A stretch of DNA of 64,000 nt from Felis catus (Eukaryota): contig NC_058373.1 in NCBI RefSeq assembly GCF_018350175.1, forward strand, positions 117,058,001-117,122,000. Reading direction: 5' to 3'. Both the position numbers and the translations under genes were made by a program. The notes beneath the pieces were generated by a model, which was not told the DNA's origin, ran no database searches, and was given only the letters and a program-made list of their open reading frames with translations. Numbering within the stretch: position 1 is the stretch's first letter; each line of letters begins with the position of its first letter. This document shows, piece after piece, positions 49,649 to 62,560 of the stretch.

Positions 49649-50269
49649 AGAGAGAGAGGATGATGATGTCATAGAAGACAGCCCAGGGGATTTGGCACCT
49701 GCCTTAATTCATGAAAGATGAATAGGAGTTAACCTGGCAGAGAAGGGGAGAAAAAGCGTAGGAGGCATAAGGACTACCACATGGAAAGGGACAGAGTTGT
49801 GATGTTATAAACTGAGTTCTGGGAACTTCAAGTGGCTGTTCTCTTGGAGCTAGGTTTATGTGATGGGGGCTGAGAAATAAAGCTAGCTGGGGAGATTAGG
49901 ACTGGATCACAAAGGACCTTATACATCATGCCGAAGATTTAGGACATCATGCGGGAATCTTCCTTTTGTGCCTGCATGCCCATGTTCTACCCCCTCCATA
50001 CTGCTCTCTGCCCCAGGAGGTAGACTACATCTGCAGGGATCCTGGAATCTCTGGCTTTGAATCAGATTGGCTCAGCAGAAGCCTGGGGAGAGACGAAAGG
50101 AAGGAAGAAGAGCAAAGCCAGATATTTCTTCCCCTGGCTCCCTCTAGAGTTTTGCACTACCTGTGTCGCTTTACTGAAGGTCGTTGTTCCTCCCAGGGCA
50201 GGCTGTTCTCCTCTGGGTCCTGATACCCTTTTCCTCTCCTCAACTTTTTGGGCATCTGGGTAGCTCCAG

Positions 50270-50790
50270 TTTGTATAGTCTTCCATTGCTGTACAATCAA
50301 TTACCCCAAAATGTAATGGGGTTAATTGGCTTTACCATGATGTTTATTATATCACAGTTTCCATGGGTCATTAATCTAAGGTGGGTCCTCTGGGTCAGTG
50401 TCTCTCAAAAGACGACAGTCAAGACATTGGCTGGGATTGCAGTTTCATCTGAAGGCTCACCTGGGGCGAGGCCCACTTCAAGCTCACTCCTGTGGTTGCT
50501 GGGTGGGTTCAGTTCCTTGAGTGCTGTGGGGCGATGGCCTCCATTCCTCCGTTCCTCCACTGTCAGTTTCTTGCTGCATGTGTTTCTCCACGGGACAGCT
50601 CACAACATGGCAGCTCGTTTTGACAGAGTGAGCAAGGAAGAAGAGTAAGAAAGGGGGTTGGTAGTGGGAGTCTCACTCTTTTATAACCCAGCCTTGGACA
50701 TGACTTCCTATATCCCTTCTGTTAGGAAGGAGCAGGTCAGTGGGTCCACTGCTAGGTGAGGGGTTTTGCACAACTCAGAGGTTCCGAGTG
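50270..50790 (-). mobile_element. MaLR LTR (MLT1-like)
   Basis: TGTATAGT..ATTGCTGTA..AATTACCCCAAA; TTTATTATATCACAGTTTC; GCTCACAACATGGCAGCT. Confidence 0.75.
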
Positions 50791-52564
50791 TTTCCTTATG
50801 GTTCTCCTGTACTCTGCCACTTCTTGATACTTGGTCCTTTTTGAAATAAACCTTTCTTGAATTGTCCTATGTGTGCCATCTGTTTCCTGATAAAGCTCTG
50901 ACTCACGCAGGTATTAACCCCAAAGCAGAGGAAAACCACTGAGACCTTGTTTTTCTTCATAAGGAAATTCACCGCAAAAAAGTTTGAAGCGGGGAAGTCA
51001 TATGGCCAATGTGGAGAATGCACTTACGCAGAGAGGGTGTAAGAGAAATGGTAAAATTAGTAGGTCGAATGGTTTGGTGAGTTTACAGGAATCCAGGTGA
51101 GGGAAAACTGGTGGCCATATCATGGCAGTGGTGATGTAGATGAGTGGTATGTTTGAGAGATGTTTAGGAGGTAGAATCAACAGGATTTGGTGACTGCTAA
51201 GATGTAGGGTGGATTTGAGGGGAATAAGGAGGTATCTTTTCACCAGGTTGTACCTGGGAAATGGCGGAAGGTCTCTTGGAACCAACAAAATTTTGAACCA
51301 AGTAACTGTAGAGCTGGATTGCCTGCCCTTCTTCTCCTTGTGTGTAGAGAAGTCAAGTGTCACACAAAGAGTATGTAACTAGACCAGGGTGTCTGGGTAT
51401 TGATTGTGGCCACACCACTAGCTCATTTTGGCCACGCATGAGTTGCTTCTGTTTTAAGTCGAGCTCTGCCATTTGAAGTGAGGGGTTAGCTAGGCTGGGT
51501 GATCTCAAAAGTACTTTCAGTTCTCACATGCCAGGGCTTTCATAATCTAAAATAAAGACATCCACGTTTCCTTACCTGTTTATTGTTTCATAGCCCTCTT
51601 TGTTTTCTTTCACATTTTCCTTAAAAAGTTAACCCAAGCAAGATTTTAAAAAGTCAGGTAAATCAGGATGTTTCAAACAAATGCTTTTTGCTCTTGGACA
51701 TTTAGGGCTTCTTTTCTTTTTTTCTTTTAACATTAAATAAATTACCCAAGGACTAACTTCAGAGAGTATTCTGGGTAGCTAATTTAATTGTTCAATCTGC
51801 ATTTTAAGATCCCTTTCGTTAAATAGCTCGAAGGTTTTTTATTGCCTTAGGAAACAACTGTTCTGTTTTCCTTTTTCCCTAGGATTGGACTTGCCAGAGG
51901 AAAAGCACCCCATCACATTCTCTTGGTTGGCAGGAGACAGGAGTGTGGGCAAGTCCCGGACTAGTGGTATCAGTGTCCGCAGATGAAAGGGCTGGTATTT
52001 TTAGTGTCGAGAATAGCTCGTGTGGTTTAACATGATGTGTTTCCACGAGTATAACTTTCTAATTTGGAAAGCCTTTGGTGTGTTCAAGGCTTCATTTCAT
52101 TTTTCCAGTTTTTCCCCCGCATTTCATTTCAAGGAGTCTAAGATTTTACATTTTGGCAGTTTATTACCTTCACTATCGACACGTCTTTGTAGTATCCCTT
52201 ACAGTACAGCGAGCACGCACGGCCATAGGGTTCAGTCCCCGTTCTCAGGATTTTGAACAAGAAATACTAGAATCTAACAGATATCCATGAAGGGAAAATA
52301 ACGAAGTGTTTCACTCATTGTGGGATAGGTGGATTGTTTTTTAAAAAATCTGTTTGCCAGTATAAATCAAAACTGAAATTGGAAAAGTCTTTTGATTCAC
52401 ATCCTCACTTCTAAAAATGTATTACAATAAGGGAATGGAAAAAATATACAAAGATATAAGTATAGACTTAGACATACACTCACTCCAAGAGAATATTCAC
52501 ACCTCTGTGGTGAATAACATCAAAAGATACAAATCAATCAAATATCTGTTGAAAATGAATTAAA

Positions 52565-53013
52565 GGGGCGCCTGGGTGGCTCAGTCGGTTAAGCGTCCGA
52601 CTTCGGCTCAGGTCATGATCTCACGGTCTGTGAGTTTGAGCCCCGCGTCGGGCTCTGTGCTGATGGCTCGGAGCCTGTGGCCTGCTTTGGATTCTGCTCT
52701 CTCTCTGACCCTCCCCTTTCATGCTCTGTCTCTCTCTGTCTCAAAAATAAATTGGGGCGCCTGGGTGGCGCAGTCGGTTAAGCGTCCGACTTCAGCCAGG
52801 TCACGATCTCGCGGTCCGTGAGGTCCGTGAGTTCGAGCCCCGCGTCGGGCTCTGGGCTGATGGCTCAGAGCCTGGAGCCTGTTTCCGATTCTGTGTCTCC
52901 CTCTCTCTCTGCCCCTCCCCCGTTCATGCTCTGTCTTTCTCTGTCCCAAAAATAAATAAATGTTGAAAAAAAACTATTTAAAAATAAATAAACATTAAAA
53001 AAAATAAATAAAA
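52565..53013 (+). mobile_element. Can-SINE with a younger Can-SINE (52754-~52979) inserted in its tail
   Basis: Two heads; outer TSD GAAAATGAATTAAA at 52551-52564 and 53014-53027. Confidence 0.95.
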
Positions 53014-53269
53014 GAAAATGAATTAAATACTCATGGGGGGTATAGGATTTATATTTGGGGTAACCCACCAGTCAGGTTACTGGGTCCCTGTTCTGGTATA
53101 TCTACTAATTTTCTTGAAAGGAAGATGGTTACTGACACCCGGGGATATGGTATGATTGAATAGTCTATAGTTTTAAAACCCTACAAGACTTTGCCATTTT
53201 TGTTTTATAACATTTTTGTTTTATTTGCTAAACATAATGGTTATGTAGATTTACTAAAAAATTATTGTT

Positions 53270-53480
53270 GGGGCACCTAGGTGGCTCAGTTGGTTAAGCA
53301 TCCAACTTTTGATTTCGTCTCAGGTCATGACCTCACAGTTCGTGGGATCAAGCCCCACATCTAGCTCTGCACTGATAGAGCACAGCCTGCTTGAGATTCT
53401 CTTTCCCTCTCTCTCTGCCCCCCACTGCCCCCCATGCTCTCTGTCTTCCTCAAAATAAATAAATAAACATTAAAAAAATA
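53270..53480 (+). mobile_element. Can-SINE (older)
   Basis: Head, CT tract and tail. Confidence 0.92.
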
Positions 53481-54297
53481 AATATTGTTTTCATTTTTTT
53501 ATTTTCTACATCTCTGTGCTTACCTCTGGGACCTTTTTTCTTTGGTCTGGAGAACTACCTTTAGTATTTTCTTGAGCACAAGTCTGCTGGTGCAAGATTA
53601 AGGAAGATAATAAGGATTTATTGGCTCCCCACTCGATACCAAATACAGTGCTGGGTGCTGTGCATACATTGAATCATGCGATCAGCAGATTAGCTTGTTA
53701 GGCAAACGGCGGTCAGCCTGTATGACATACAAGGGAACAGGATCAGAAGGAGTAAATGACTGGTATTGAGTTTTGAGTCTGGGTTTGCTTTATTCTAAAG
53801 TCTGTAATTTTTTTTCAAATAAATTGAATTATGTTTAAAAAAAAAAACAAAGGAAATCTCAAAGTTGTTTGTAGTTAATTATAGGAAGGTTGGTATTGAC
53901 AGGGTAGGCTTACAGAGGAGGAAGGAATTTCAGGAGAAATGGTTTGAATTGCATCTTTAAGAAAGGGGAGAATTTAATTCTGTAGGAAAAGCCAAGAAAT
54001 GATTCTAGGTGATGGGGTTGCGTAAGCGAGGTTTGGTGATAAGAAAACCTAGATGTATTTAGGAGGCAGTGTATTTTATAGCACTAAATCTAGGAGGTAT
54101 GCCTCATGTAATAACAGCCTTATTCTTCATATGGAGAACCTGAGGCAAGAAATCACTAAACATTTCTAGTTCTGAAACTCACATGGTAAAATATTGGTAC
54201 AGCTGAGCTTTCTGCCAACTTTCTTTCTTTCCTTTTAAAAATTCCTTGTTTTCCATTTTAAGAGTAATAATTCATTTTCAAAAGAATATATGAACTA

Positions 54298-54518
54298 GGG
54301 GCACCGGGGTGGCTCGGTCGGTTGAGCATCCGACTTTGGCTCAGGTCATGATTTCACGGTCCATGAGTTCGAGCCCCGGGTCAGGCTCTGTGCTGACCGC
54401 TCAGAGCCTGGAGCCTGTTTCAGATTCTGTGTCTCCCTCTCTCTCTGCCCCTCCCCCGTTCATGCTCTGTCTCTCTCTGTCTCAAAAATAAATAAACGTT
54501 AAAAAAAAATTAAAAAAA
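54298..54518 (+). mobile_element. Can-SINE
   Basis: 18-bp TSD AAAAGAATATATGAACTA at 54280-54297 and 54519-54536. Confidence 0.97.
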
Positions 54519-54609
54519 AAAAGAATATATGAACTAAAAAAAGATCTCATTTATTCCTACCATGCAAATATGACCACAGTTAACATTTTGGTCTATTTCC
54601 TTCCAGTCT

Positions 54610-54671
54610 TTATATATATATGGGCTATATATGTATATATATATACATATATGTATATATATATATATATG

Positions 54672-54717
<46 letters not shown>

Positions 54718-54800
54718 CACACACATATAAAGCCCTGATATATATATAAATAATCAGGCTATATATATCAGGGCTTTATATGTATATATATATATTTATC
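54610..54800. repeat. Compound (TA)n/(TG)n microsatellite with an inverted repeat
   Basis: Seen directly. Confidence 0.9.
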
Positions 54801-56037
54801 AGGGCTAGAAAGAAGAACAAAGCTGGAGGTATCACAATCCCAGATTTTGAAATACACTATAAAGCTGTAGTAATCAAAAGTGTATGGTACTGGCACAAAA
54901 TAGACACAGAGATCACTAGAGCAGGATGGAAAACCCAGAAATAAACCCACAATTATATGGTCAATTAACATAACAAAGGTCTATAACAAAGGGAGCAAGA
55001 ATATACAACAGGGAAGACAGTCTCTTCAGTAAATGGTGCTGGGAGAACTGGACAGCTACATGCAGAAGAATGAAACTGGACCACTTTCTCACACCACACA
55101 CAAAAATAAACTCAAAATGGATTAAAGACTACATGTGATACCTGAAACCATGGGAATCCTAGGAGAAAACATAGATAGTAACTTCCTTGACAGCAGTTGT
55201 AGAAACATTTTTCTAGAAATGTTTCCTCAGGCAAGGGAAAAAAAAGCAAAATTAAACTATTGGGACTATACCCAAATAAAAGGCTTTTGCACAATGAAGG
55301 AAACCACCAACAAAACAAAAAGGCAACCTACTGAATGGGAGAAGATATTTGCAAATGATACATTCTATACGGGGTTGTTATCCAAAATATATGTAGAAGT
55401 CATACAGCACAACAAAAAAACCTCCAAATAATCCAATCAAAAGATGGGCAGAGGGCCTGAATAGACATTTTCCAAAGACATACAGATGGCCAACGGAAAC
55501 ATAAAAAGGTGATTAACATCACTAATCATCAGGGAAATGCAAATTAAAACCACAATGAGGTATCACTTTACATCCGACAGAATGGCTAGACTCAAAAAAT
55601 ACAAGAAACAACAAACATTGGCGAGGATGTGGAGAAAAATGGTGGGAATGTAAATTGGTGCAGGCGCTGTGGAAAACAGTATGGAAGTTCCTCAGATAAT
55701 TAAAAATTGAGTTACCATACAATCTAGTAATTCCTCTGCTGGGTATTTACCCAAAGAAAATTAACACTAGTTTGAAACAATATATGCACTCCTGTGTTTA
55801 TTGTAGCATTGTTTATAACCAAGATATGGAAGCAACCCAAGTGTCCATCCATTGATGAATGGATAAAGAAAGATATCACCAGCCATGAAAAAGAATAAAA
55901 TCTTACTATTTGCAACAACGTGGATGGACCTAGATGGTATAACGCTAAGGAAATAACACAGATACCATGTGATTGCACTCATATGTGGAATTTAAGAAAC
56001 AAATAAACAAAGAGCCAGACAAAAAACCCCACTCTTT

Positions 56038-56247
56038 AAAAAAAATTTTTAATATATATTTATTTTTGAGAGACACAGAGCATGAGTGGGGGAGGGGCAG
56101 AGAGAGAGGGAGACATAGAATCTGAAGCAGGCTCCAGGCTCCGAGCTGTCAGCACAGAGACTGACGCGGGGCTCCAACTCCCAAACTGCGATACCATGAT
56201 CTGAGCCAAAGTCAGATGCTTAACCAACTGAGCCACCCAGGTGCCCC
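56038..56247 (-). mobile_element. Can-SINE nested in L1 3'UTR
   Basis: Reverse copy; imperfect TSD AAAACCC(C)A(C/G)TCTT. Confidence 0.93.
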
Positions 56248-56261
56248 AAAAACCCAGTCTT

Positions 56262-56461
56262 AAAAAAAAATTATTTATTTATTTATTTAGTTTGAGAGAG
56301 AGAGATGACACGAGAGGGGGAGGGGGAGAGAGAATCCCAAGTAGGCTCTGCATTGCCAGCGCAGAACCCAACGTGGGGCTCGAACGCATGAACCATGAGA
56401 TCGTGACCTGAGCTGAAACCAAGAGTCAGATGCTTAACTGACTGAGCCACCCAGGTGCCCC
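56262..56461 (-). mobile_element. Can-SINE nested in L1 3'UTR
   Basis: Reverse copy adjacent to the previous one. Confidence 0.92.
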
Positions 56462-57718
56462 TAAACACCCCCCCCCCACCCCCCACCTCGTAAATACGGT
56501 GAACAAACTGGTGGTTGACAGGGGAGGTGGGTGGGGGATGGGTGAAACAGATAAAGGGGATTAAGAGTACACTTATTGAGCCCTGAGAAATGTATAGAAT
56601 TGTTGAATAACTCTATTGTATGCCTGAAACTAATATAATCCATGTTAATTATAAAAATAAAATAAATAATTAAAAAAATAAAAGAAATATATATTAGCCT
56701 AGTGGGTAATCGTAATGTATACATTATTTTATGTTTTCCTACCATTGCCTAAGCATTAATCCGTGCCACAGTATGTCATCATAATCATAGTTTTGAAGAT
56801 TGTATTATATTCCGAGTAGATAATGTACCATAATTTACTTATTCAGTTCCTTATTGTAAACAGCAAAATTTAGAATTTCTAAGTCAGAGGGTATGACCTG
56901 TGTCGCGTCTCCTGACGCATATTGTTTACCAGAAGGTCAGTATTAGTTTCTGCATCTATAGGATGGCCTTCTCTGGGTTGTTGTCAGCTTTCACTGAGCT
57001 TAAGAAAGAGGGCGAGGGCATCTCCAGTAATTAGGGCTGGAGTATTATTCCCTCTCTACCTCGAGACCAGATGCCCATCCTAATGTCTAACTAGCTTTGC
57101 AGCATTCCCCTTATCTTGAGAGCCTCAACGCCTGGGTATTAGAAAATTTCAACTTGGAACCTTTCCAAGCCTTTTGCTATTTTATTCTCTATTTGTTTTT
57201 CTTAAGCAACTAACTAAATAAGAATAACATTTCAACCTCTTTCCATTCCCCCCTCCCCCAGCATTTTTCCTGCCTGCACCACCTCTGCCTCCAGTTTAAC
57301 CATGGGGTTGGTTCTTACATTTTAAAGCTAAATACAAAAGCACAGTTCTGAGATGCAGCCAAGTTCTGCAGCCAAGTTTGAAGAATAAAACTTTTAAAAC
57401 AGCTCTTCTGTCACACACTTGCGAGGGGAGGCAGGCTTTGCTATAAATAAGGCACATTCCATTTCTATCTCATCCTTTGCAGCCCTCTTGGATAATGCTG
57501 TTTGTATATGACTGCAGTGTTCTCTCGCTGCCCACTCACCCTTTCAACCTTCCCTTTTAGATCACATTTTATTTAAGTGCTCGGTAGTTCTGGAGTTTAG
57601 GGACCCTGCTTGAGAGAGGAGTACAAGTTTCCTTTCATTCTTTGGGGTTAAGTGTACTAAGATAAAGTGACTGACTTGTAAGAAACTACATTTTATCTGA
57701 GACATTTTTAGCAGCTGC

Positions 57719-58170
57719 CGTATTAGTTTCCTATGGCTGCTGTAACAAATTACCATGAAATTAGGGCTTAAAACAAAACAAATTTGTCCTCTCATGGTTC
57801 TGGAGGTCAGAAGTCTAGAATGATTAGGCAGGACTGTATTGCATCCAGAAGCTCTAGGGGAGAACGCATTTCCTTCCTTTTCCAAGAGGCTGGCCCCATT
57901 CCTCAACTCATGACCTTGCCTCGCTCTGACCTCCTTTGGCCATCGCGCCTCCTTCTCTGACTCTGCCCCTCTTGCATCCTTCTTATAGGAACCCGTGGTT
58001 CCATGGATTCCCCCCACCCCTCCATGTAATCCAGGGTAACCTCCCCATCTTGAAATCCTTAACTTAATCATGCTTGCAAAGTCCCTTTTGCTGTGTAAGG
58101 CAGCATATTCACAGGTTTTGGGAGTTAGGATGTGGACATCTTGGTGGGGGGAGGTATTCTGCCTACTACT
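57719..58170 (-). mobile_element. MaLR solo LTR (MLT1B/C-like)
   Basis: GTATTAGTTTCCTATGGCTGCTGTAACAAATTACCA...TTAGGATGTGGACATCTT..ATTCTGCCTACTAC. Confidence 0.88.
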
Positions 58171-59159
58171 TAGAAAAGGGAAGGAAAAATAATTTTGGAA
58201 TTTTATCTGTTTTTCATAGCTACAGAGAGGATGTGCTGAAGGATTGGTTTTCCTTCTAGTGTTTGGGATGGTAGATATGTACCTAAATTAAATCTAAGAT
58301 GTCCGTTTGTATTTGCTAATGTCCCTTTGAAGACAGGAAAGAGGAACCTTTCAGTGGCTGGCAGTGAGGATGGGGGGAGGAGGTGTCTTAGTTAAAGACC
58401 TTCCTTCCTTCCTTACTGGGTACTTATATTAGGCTCTTCTTAGGGTATTGAGGAGAAATGACCAAACAGATGCATTCTAAATAAATGAAGGAAAACCTCC
58501 TTTACTAGAGCCTCCTACGGAGTGGCTTTCTTTCTTAGGGGACTGTTCATCTCCAGTTATTTTAGATTTTAGAATATATAAAAATTGTACTGAGCAGTGC
58601 AGTTAATCAACACTGTCTTCATGGCTGGCTGGAGAGTACAGTAGGAGACCATGACCTTGCATTCTTTTTTTTCAAGCAGTAGGAGAGCACTGGCAAAATG
58701 CACTCTTCTTAGCCTGAAGGCTAAAGGAATGTGCCAGTCTGCTTGTTGACTCTCCCGAGGCCTCTCTTTTCACCATTTTTCATGTTCTGGTGAGGAGTCA
58801 TGACACATAATGGCAGACAAAAGGTGCACAGGTGATAATGTTGCCTGTAAAACCACCAAGCCAACAGCACGACCCTGGACGTTAAAATGATTCAAGGCAG
58901 ATGAGCCCCTCCAAGGAGCTAGTCAAGAGAACAGATGATAAAGCCCAACCGTTAGCAAGGGATTGGAGTGAGCTTTTCTTCCTAAAAGGAATGATTACTA
59001 TCACTAACTTCACTGCCTTCTGGGGAAGGAGAGGTCGGCAGTTGAAAGCAAGATCTGCTGTGGCCAGTGACATGCTACAATTTTAGGACAGGGGATAGCG
59101 CACTACTTGCCCTTGGACCTAACCCATCCTCATGTCAGTTCTTGCAGAGCCCTTGGTCT

Positions 59160-59421
59160 AAGGGTAGTTTTTACGTTTTAAAATGGTTGGGAAAAAATTT
59201 AAAAAGAAGCAATATTCCATGATGTGTGAAAATCACGTAAAATTCAGATTTCAGGGTTTGTACCACAAGACTTATGGAAACACATCCGTGCTATTCATTT
59301 ATCAGGTATCTGTGGCTACCACAGAGGAGTTGAGCGGTTGTGGCTAGAGATTGACCATATGCCTGACAAAGCCTAAAATATTTACTAACTGGCCTTTTAT
59401 AGAGAAGTTTGCAGCCTCTGC
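59160..59421 (-). mobile_element. MER58-like DNA transposon
   Basis: CAAAGCCTAAAATATTTACTAACTGGCCTTTTATAGAGAAGTTTGC..CCTCTG. Confidence 0.8.
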
Positions 59422-60844
59422 TTTTGGGGATTTGGAAGAGACTGAAAAAGCCTCTGCAAATGTCCTTGTTGGGACAATATTTCCATAGGAACCAAGACCC
59501 GGTGATTCCACCCAGTGGAAACTCATTTCTAGGAACCCGTGGGGAGTCTGGCTGGAGAACGGGTATACACGATAACCCGGAAACCAGGTACATTCGTATG
59601 CTCTAAATAAGACACAAATCCTCCCGTTCACTCCTGGAATAGTATCTCTCCTTTGCTGAGGGGGTCACAGAGTTTATTCCAGTACTTTATTGAAGAGATT
59701 CTGTTTGGTTGTTTGTTTTTTTTTTTTTTTTTTTAATGAAGAATGGCATATTGGGCTGCTGGAAGTGTTGGGCTGTGTGTTCTGAAATATCCCAGTAGGA
59801 CAAGTGCCAGCTACCTACGTTTCAGATGCAATGTCCAAATGGCTCTCATTTTTCCAAGACCCACTTTGTCCAGGCATCGGGCCAGTGCCTTGGCACATGA
59901 TGGCTCACACCGACAACACCTCTGCAGGATCACTGGGTGCCATTCCCCTATGAAGAAGGGGGCTCGTAGTGGGTATGCCTGTGCCTGAAGGCTGCTGTGA
60001 GCACGAGGCCACTTTTTCGTAGGCCAGGCTCTTTTCACAAGACCCAGAAGGAGCAGGCCAGCCACCAGGGGAGCTGCTTAGTTCTGGTCTTTTCTCTCTG
60101 ATAGCAGGGCTAGCGCAACCTCATAAGCAAACTGCTCTAATCACTGAGTTATAGTACTCAGTGATGGCGTTAACTTCCATCACTTAGGTTGTGTCGACGT
60201 CTTGACTGTTGCGAATATGCTGCACCAGGCAGGGCGCAGACATCGTTTTGAGATACTGATTTCGTTTCCTTTGGCGGTATACCCAGATGTGGGATTGCTG
60301 GATCGTGCGGTAGTTCTGGTGTTTTCTGAACCTCCATACCGTTTTCCTCAGTGGCTGTACTAACGTACATTCTGACCAAGAGTGCATAAGGATTCCCTTT
60401 TCTTCTCATCCTCACCAACGCTTGTTATTTCTTGTCTTTTTCATGATGGCCATTCTAACAGCGTGAGGTGACCTATCATGGTGGCCTTGATTTGCATTCC
60501 CAAAAGCCAAGCTATGGACACAACCTAAATGTTTGTCAGTGGATGAATGGAGAAAGAAAATTTGGTGTGTAGATACAATGGAATAGGATTCAGGCATAAA
60601 AAAAAAGAAGAAAACCCCGTCATTTGTGATCACACGGCGGAACCTGCAGGACGTTGCACTGAGTGAAATAAGCCTGATGGAGAAAGACGAATACTGTATG
60701 GCTTCATTTATATATGGAATTTAAACAAAATAAAAATGAACGCATAGAACCAGAGAGTAGATGGTGGTGGGGGCTGGGGGTGGAGGAAACGGGGAGATGT
60801 TGGTCAAAGGGTACAAACCTTCTGTTATAAGATGAATGAGTCCT

Positions 60845-61071
60845 GGGGCGCCTGGGTGGTGCAGTCGGTTAAGCGTCCGACTTCAGCCAGGTCACGATCT
60901 CGCGGCCCGTGAGTTCGAGCCCCGCGTCGGGCTCTGTGCTGACCGCTCAGAGCCTGGAGCCTGCTTCCGATTCTGTGTCTCCCTCTCTCTCTGCCCCTCC
61001 CCCATTCATGCTCTGTCTCTCTCTGTCCCAAAAATAAATAAACGTTGAAAAAAAAAATTAAAAAAAAAAAA
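60845..61071 (+). mobile_element. Can-SINE (young) nested in L1
   Basis: TSD AAGATGAATGAGTCCT at 60829-60844 and 61072-61087. Confidence 0.97.
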
Positions 61072-61177
61072 AAGATGAATGAGTCCTGAAGGAGCTAGTG
61101 CACAGCATGGTGACTATAGTTAATAACACTATATTTTACTTGAAATTTGCTAAAAAAGTACTTCTTAAGTGTTTTCA

Positions 61178-61178
<1 letters not shown>

Positions 61179-61220
<42 letters not shown>
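61179..61220. repeat. (CA)21 microsatellite
   Basis: Seen directly. Confidence 0.95.
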
Positions 61221-61223
<3 letters not shown>

Positions 61224-62089
61224 AACTGTGAGGTGATGGGTGTGTTAATTAACTTTGTTGTGACAAGTATTTCATAACATACATGTATATCAAATCACGT
61301 GCGCTTTATATAGGTACAATTTTATGTGCCACTTATACCTCAATAAATTTGGGGAAAAATCTTAATTTCCATTCTATAGTTGCTCGCCGCAGTCCATATC
61401 CCTCGTGTCATGTGTGCGGAAGTCCTGAGATACTATTCATCTAAACTTTATAAGATGAGGAAACTGAGGCTGGCGTAGGGTCAACTAGCCTCTGGTGGCT
61501 GAGCCAGACCTTCTGACCTCAGGGTCTGGCGTCCTACACACTACTTCCCACAGCTTCTCCGTGAGGCCAGGCCTCCAGCCACCGAGCCATGGCATCTAAA
61601 CCAGTCGTGGCAGAGGACTGTGCTACATACAGTTTAGGCATATGGAGCTTGGGTTCATCCTAATGGTGGTCACCGGCCGACCTCCAAAGACCAGTTTTGC
61701 ATCCCGGGTATTTTTTGGCTTTACTCTCAAACTGTTGCTGTGTCGAGTACAGTCTCTTTCTCTTCCTCATTAACGCATCCGTGGCTTGTGTTTCAGCCCC
61801 GAGCCAAACCAGACCAAACCCAAACTGGATTTCCATTCGTGTTCCTTTTGCCACGTGGCTCCAAATCAGGAAAGGTATAAGGCATGCATTCTGCTCACAA
61901 GAAGACTTAAAAATTGTGGGAAAACGCACTGTCAAGGAAGGTTTGTGTCCTTTGGGACGTAGGAATATACCATTAATCACAACTGTGCCTCACAGCTGCA
62001 CAAGTTATTAAAAGAGCTCATTTTAAGCCAATTTTAAATAGCAGAGATCGTTGTTCAGCACATTGAACAAGCACTCTGTCCTGGTTTTG

Positions 62090-62560
62090 CCCCGATCCCC
62101 GCACACTCCTTCTCAGTCTTCAGCCCTGGAGTCGCCTCCTCTGCCCACCCTGTGACTCCTTGGCCCCCTTCTCTTCTCCACGCCATCTGGGAGCAACCTC
62201 GCGCTCTGTGTATGCTGACTTGGGGATTCCGCAAAAGCTCTCCCCTCTCCAACCTCCACATGCCTATATCCAGCTGCTAAAGGATGTCTCTGTTTGAGTC
62301 CTCCTCACTGCAGACTCAACAGGTAGACTGTAACTCCTGTTGGCCTGCCTGAGACCGTGCTCCCGCTAGAATTCAGTGGCTGGTGTCACATCATTCATCC
62401 AGCGAGCGTCTGAGTACAAACCGAACATGATTCTCTTTGACAAAACTCTAGGCCTCTATGCCACGTAAATATTTTTATTTTTGCATGTGTTACCTTTTGT
62501 GTTTGCCTCCCTACAATACTGTAAATGCGTGGCACCCGGTAGGCAATAAATACATGTTTG
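62090..62560 (+). mobile_element. L2 3' fragments
   Basis: TATATCCAGCTGC..GGATGTCTC; TGGCACCCGGTAGGC..AATAAATACATGTT. Confidence 0.55.

Larger units (their letters stand above)
54805..56685 (+). mobile_element. 5'-truncated L1 (ORF2 3' part, 3'UTR, A tail)
   Basis: Starts AGAAAGAAGAACAAAGCTGGAGGTATCAC; peptide KTKRQPTEWEKIFAN; A-rich tail ~56652-56685. Confidence 0.93.
60181..61361 (+). mobile_element. L1 with 5' inversion (60181-~60501 antisense, ~60502-61361 sense)
   Basis: Orientation switch at ...GATTTGCATTCCC|AAAAGCCAAG...; TSD TTAA(C/T)TTCCAT at 60170-60180 and 61362-61372. Confidence 0.85.

Noticed and set aside
57562..58071. 169-aa minus-strand ORF
   Set aside because: Lies mostly within an MLT1 LTR; no protein-like features
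60061..60076. CTCF-like GCCACCAGGGGAGC, and AGAGGGCGCC near 16568
   Set aside because: Only partial matches to the core motif; unsupportable without a PWM scan or ChIP data
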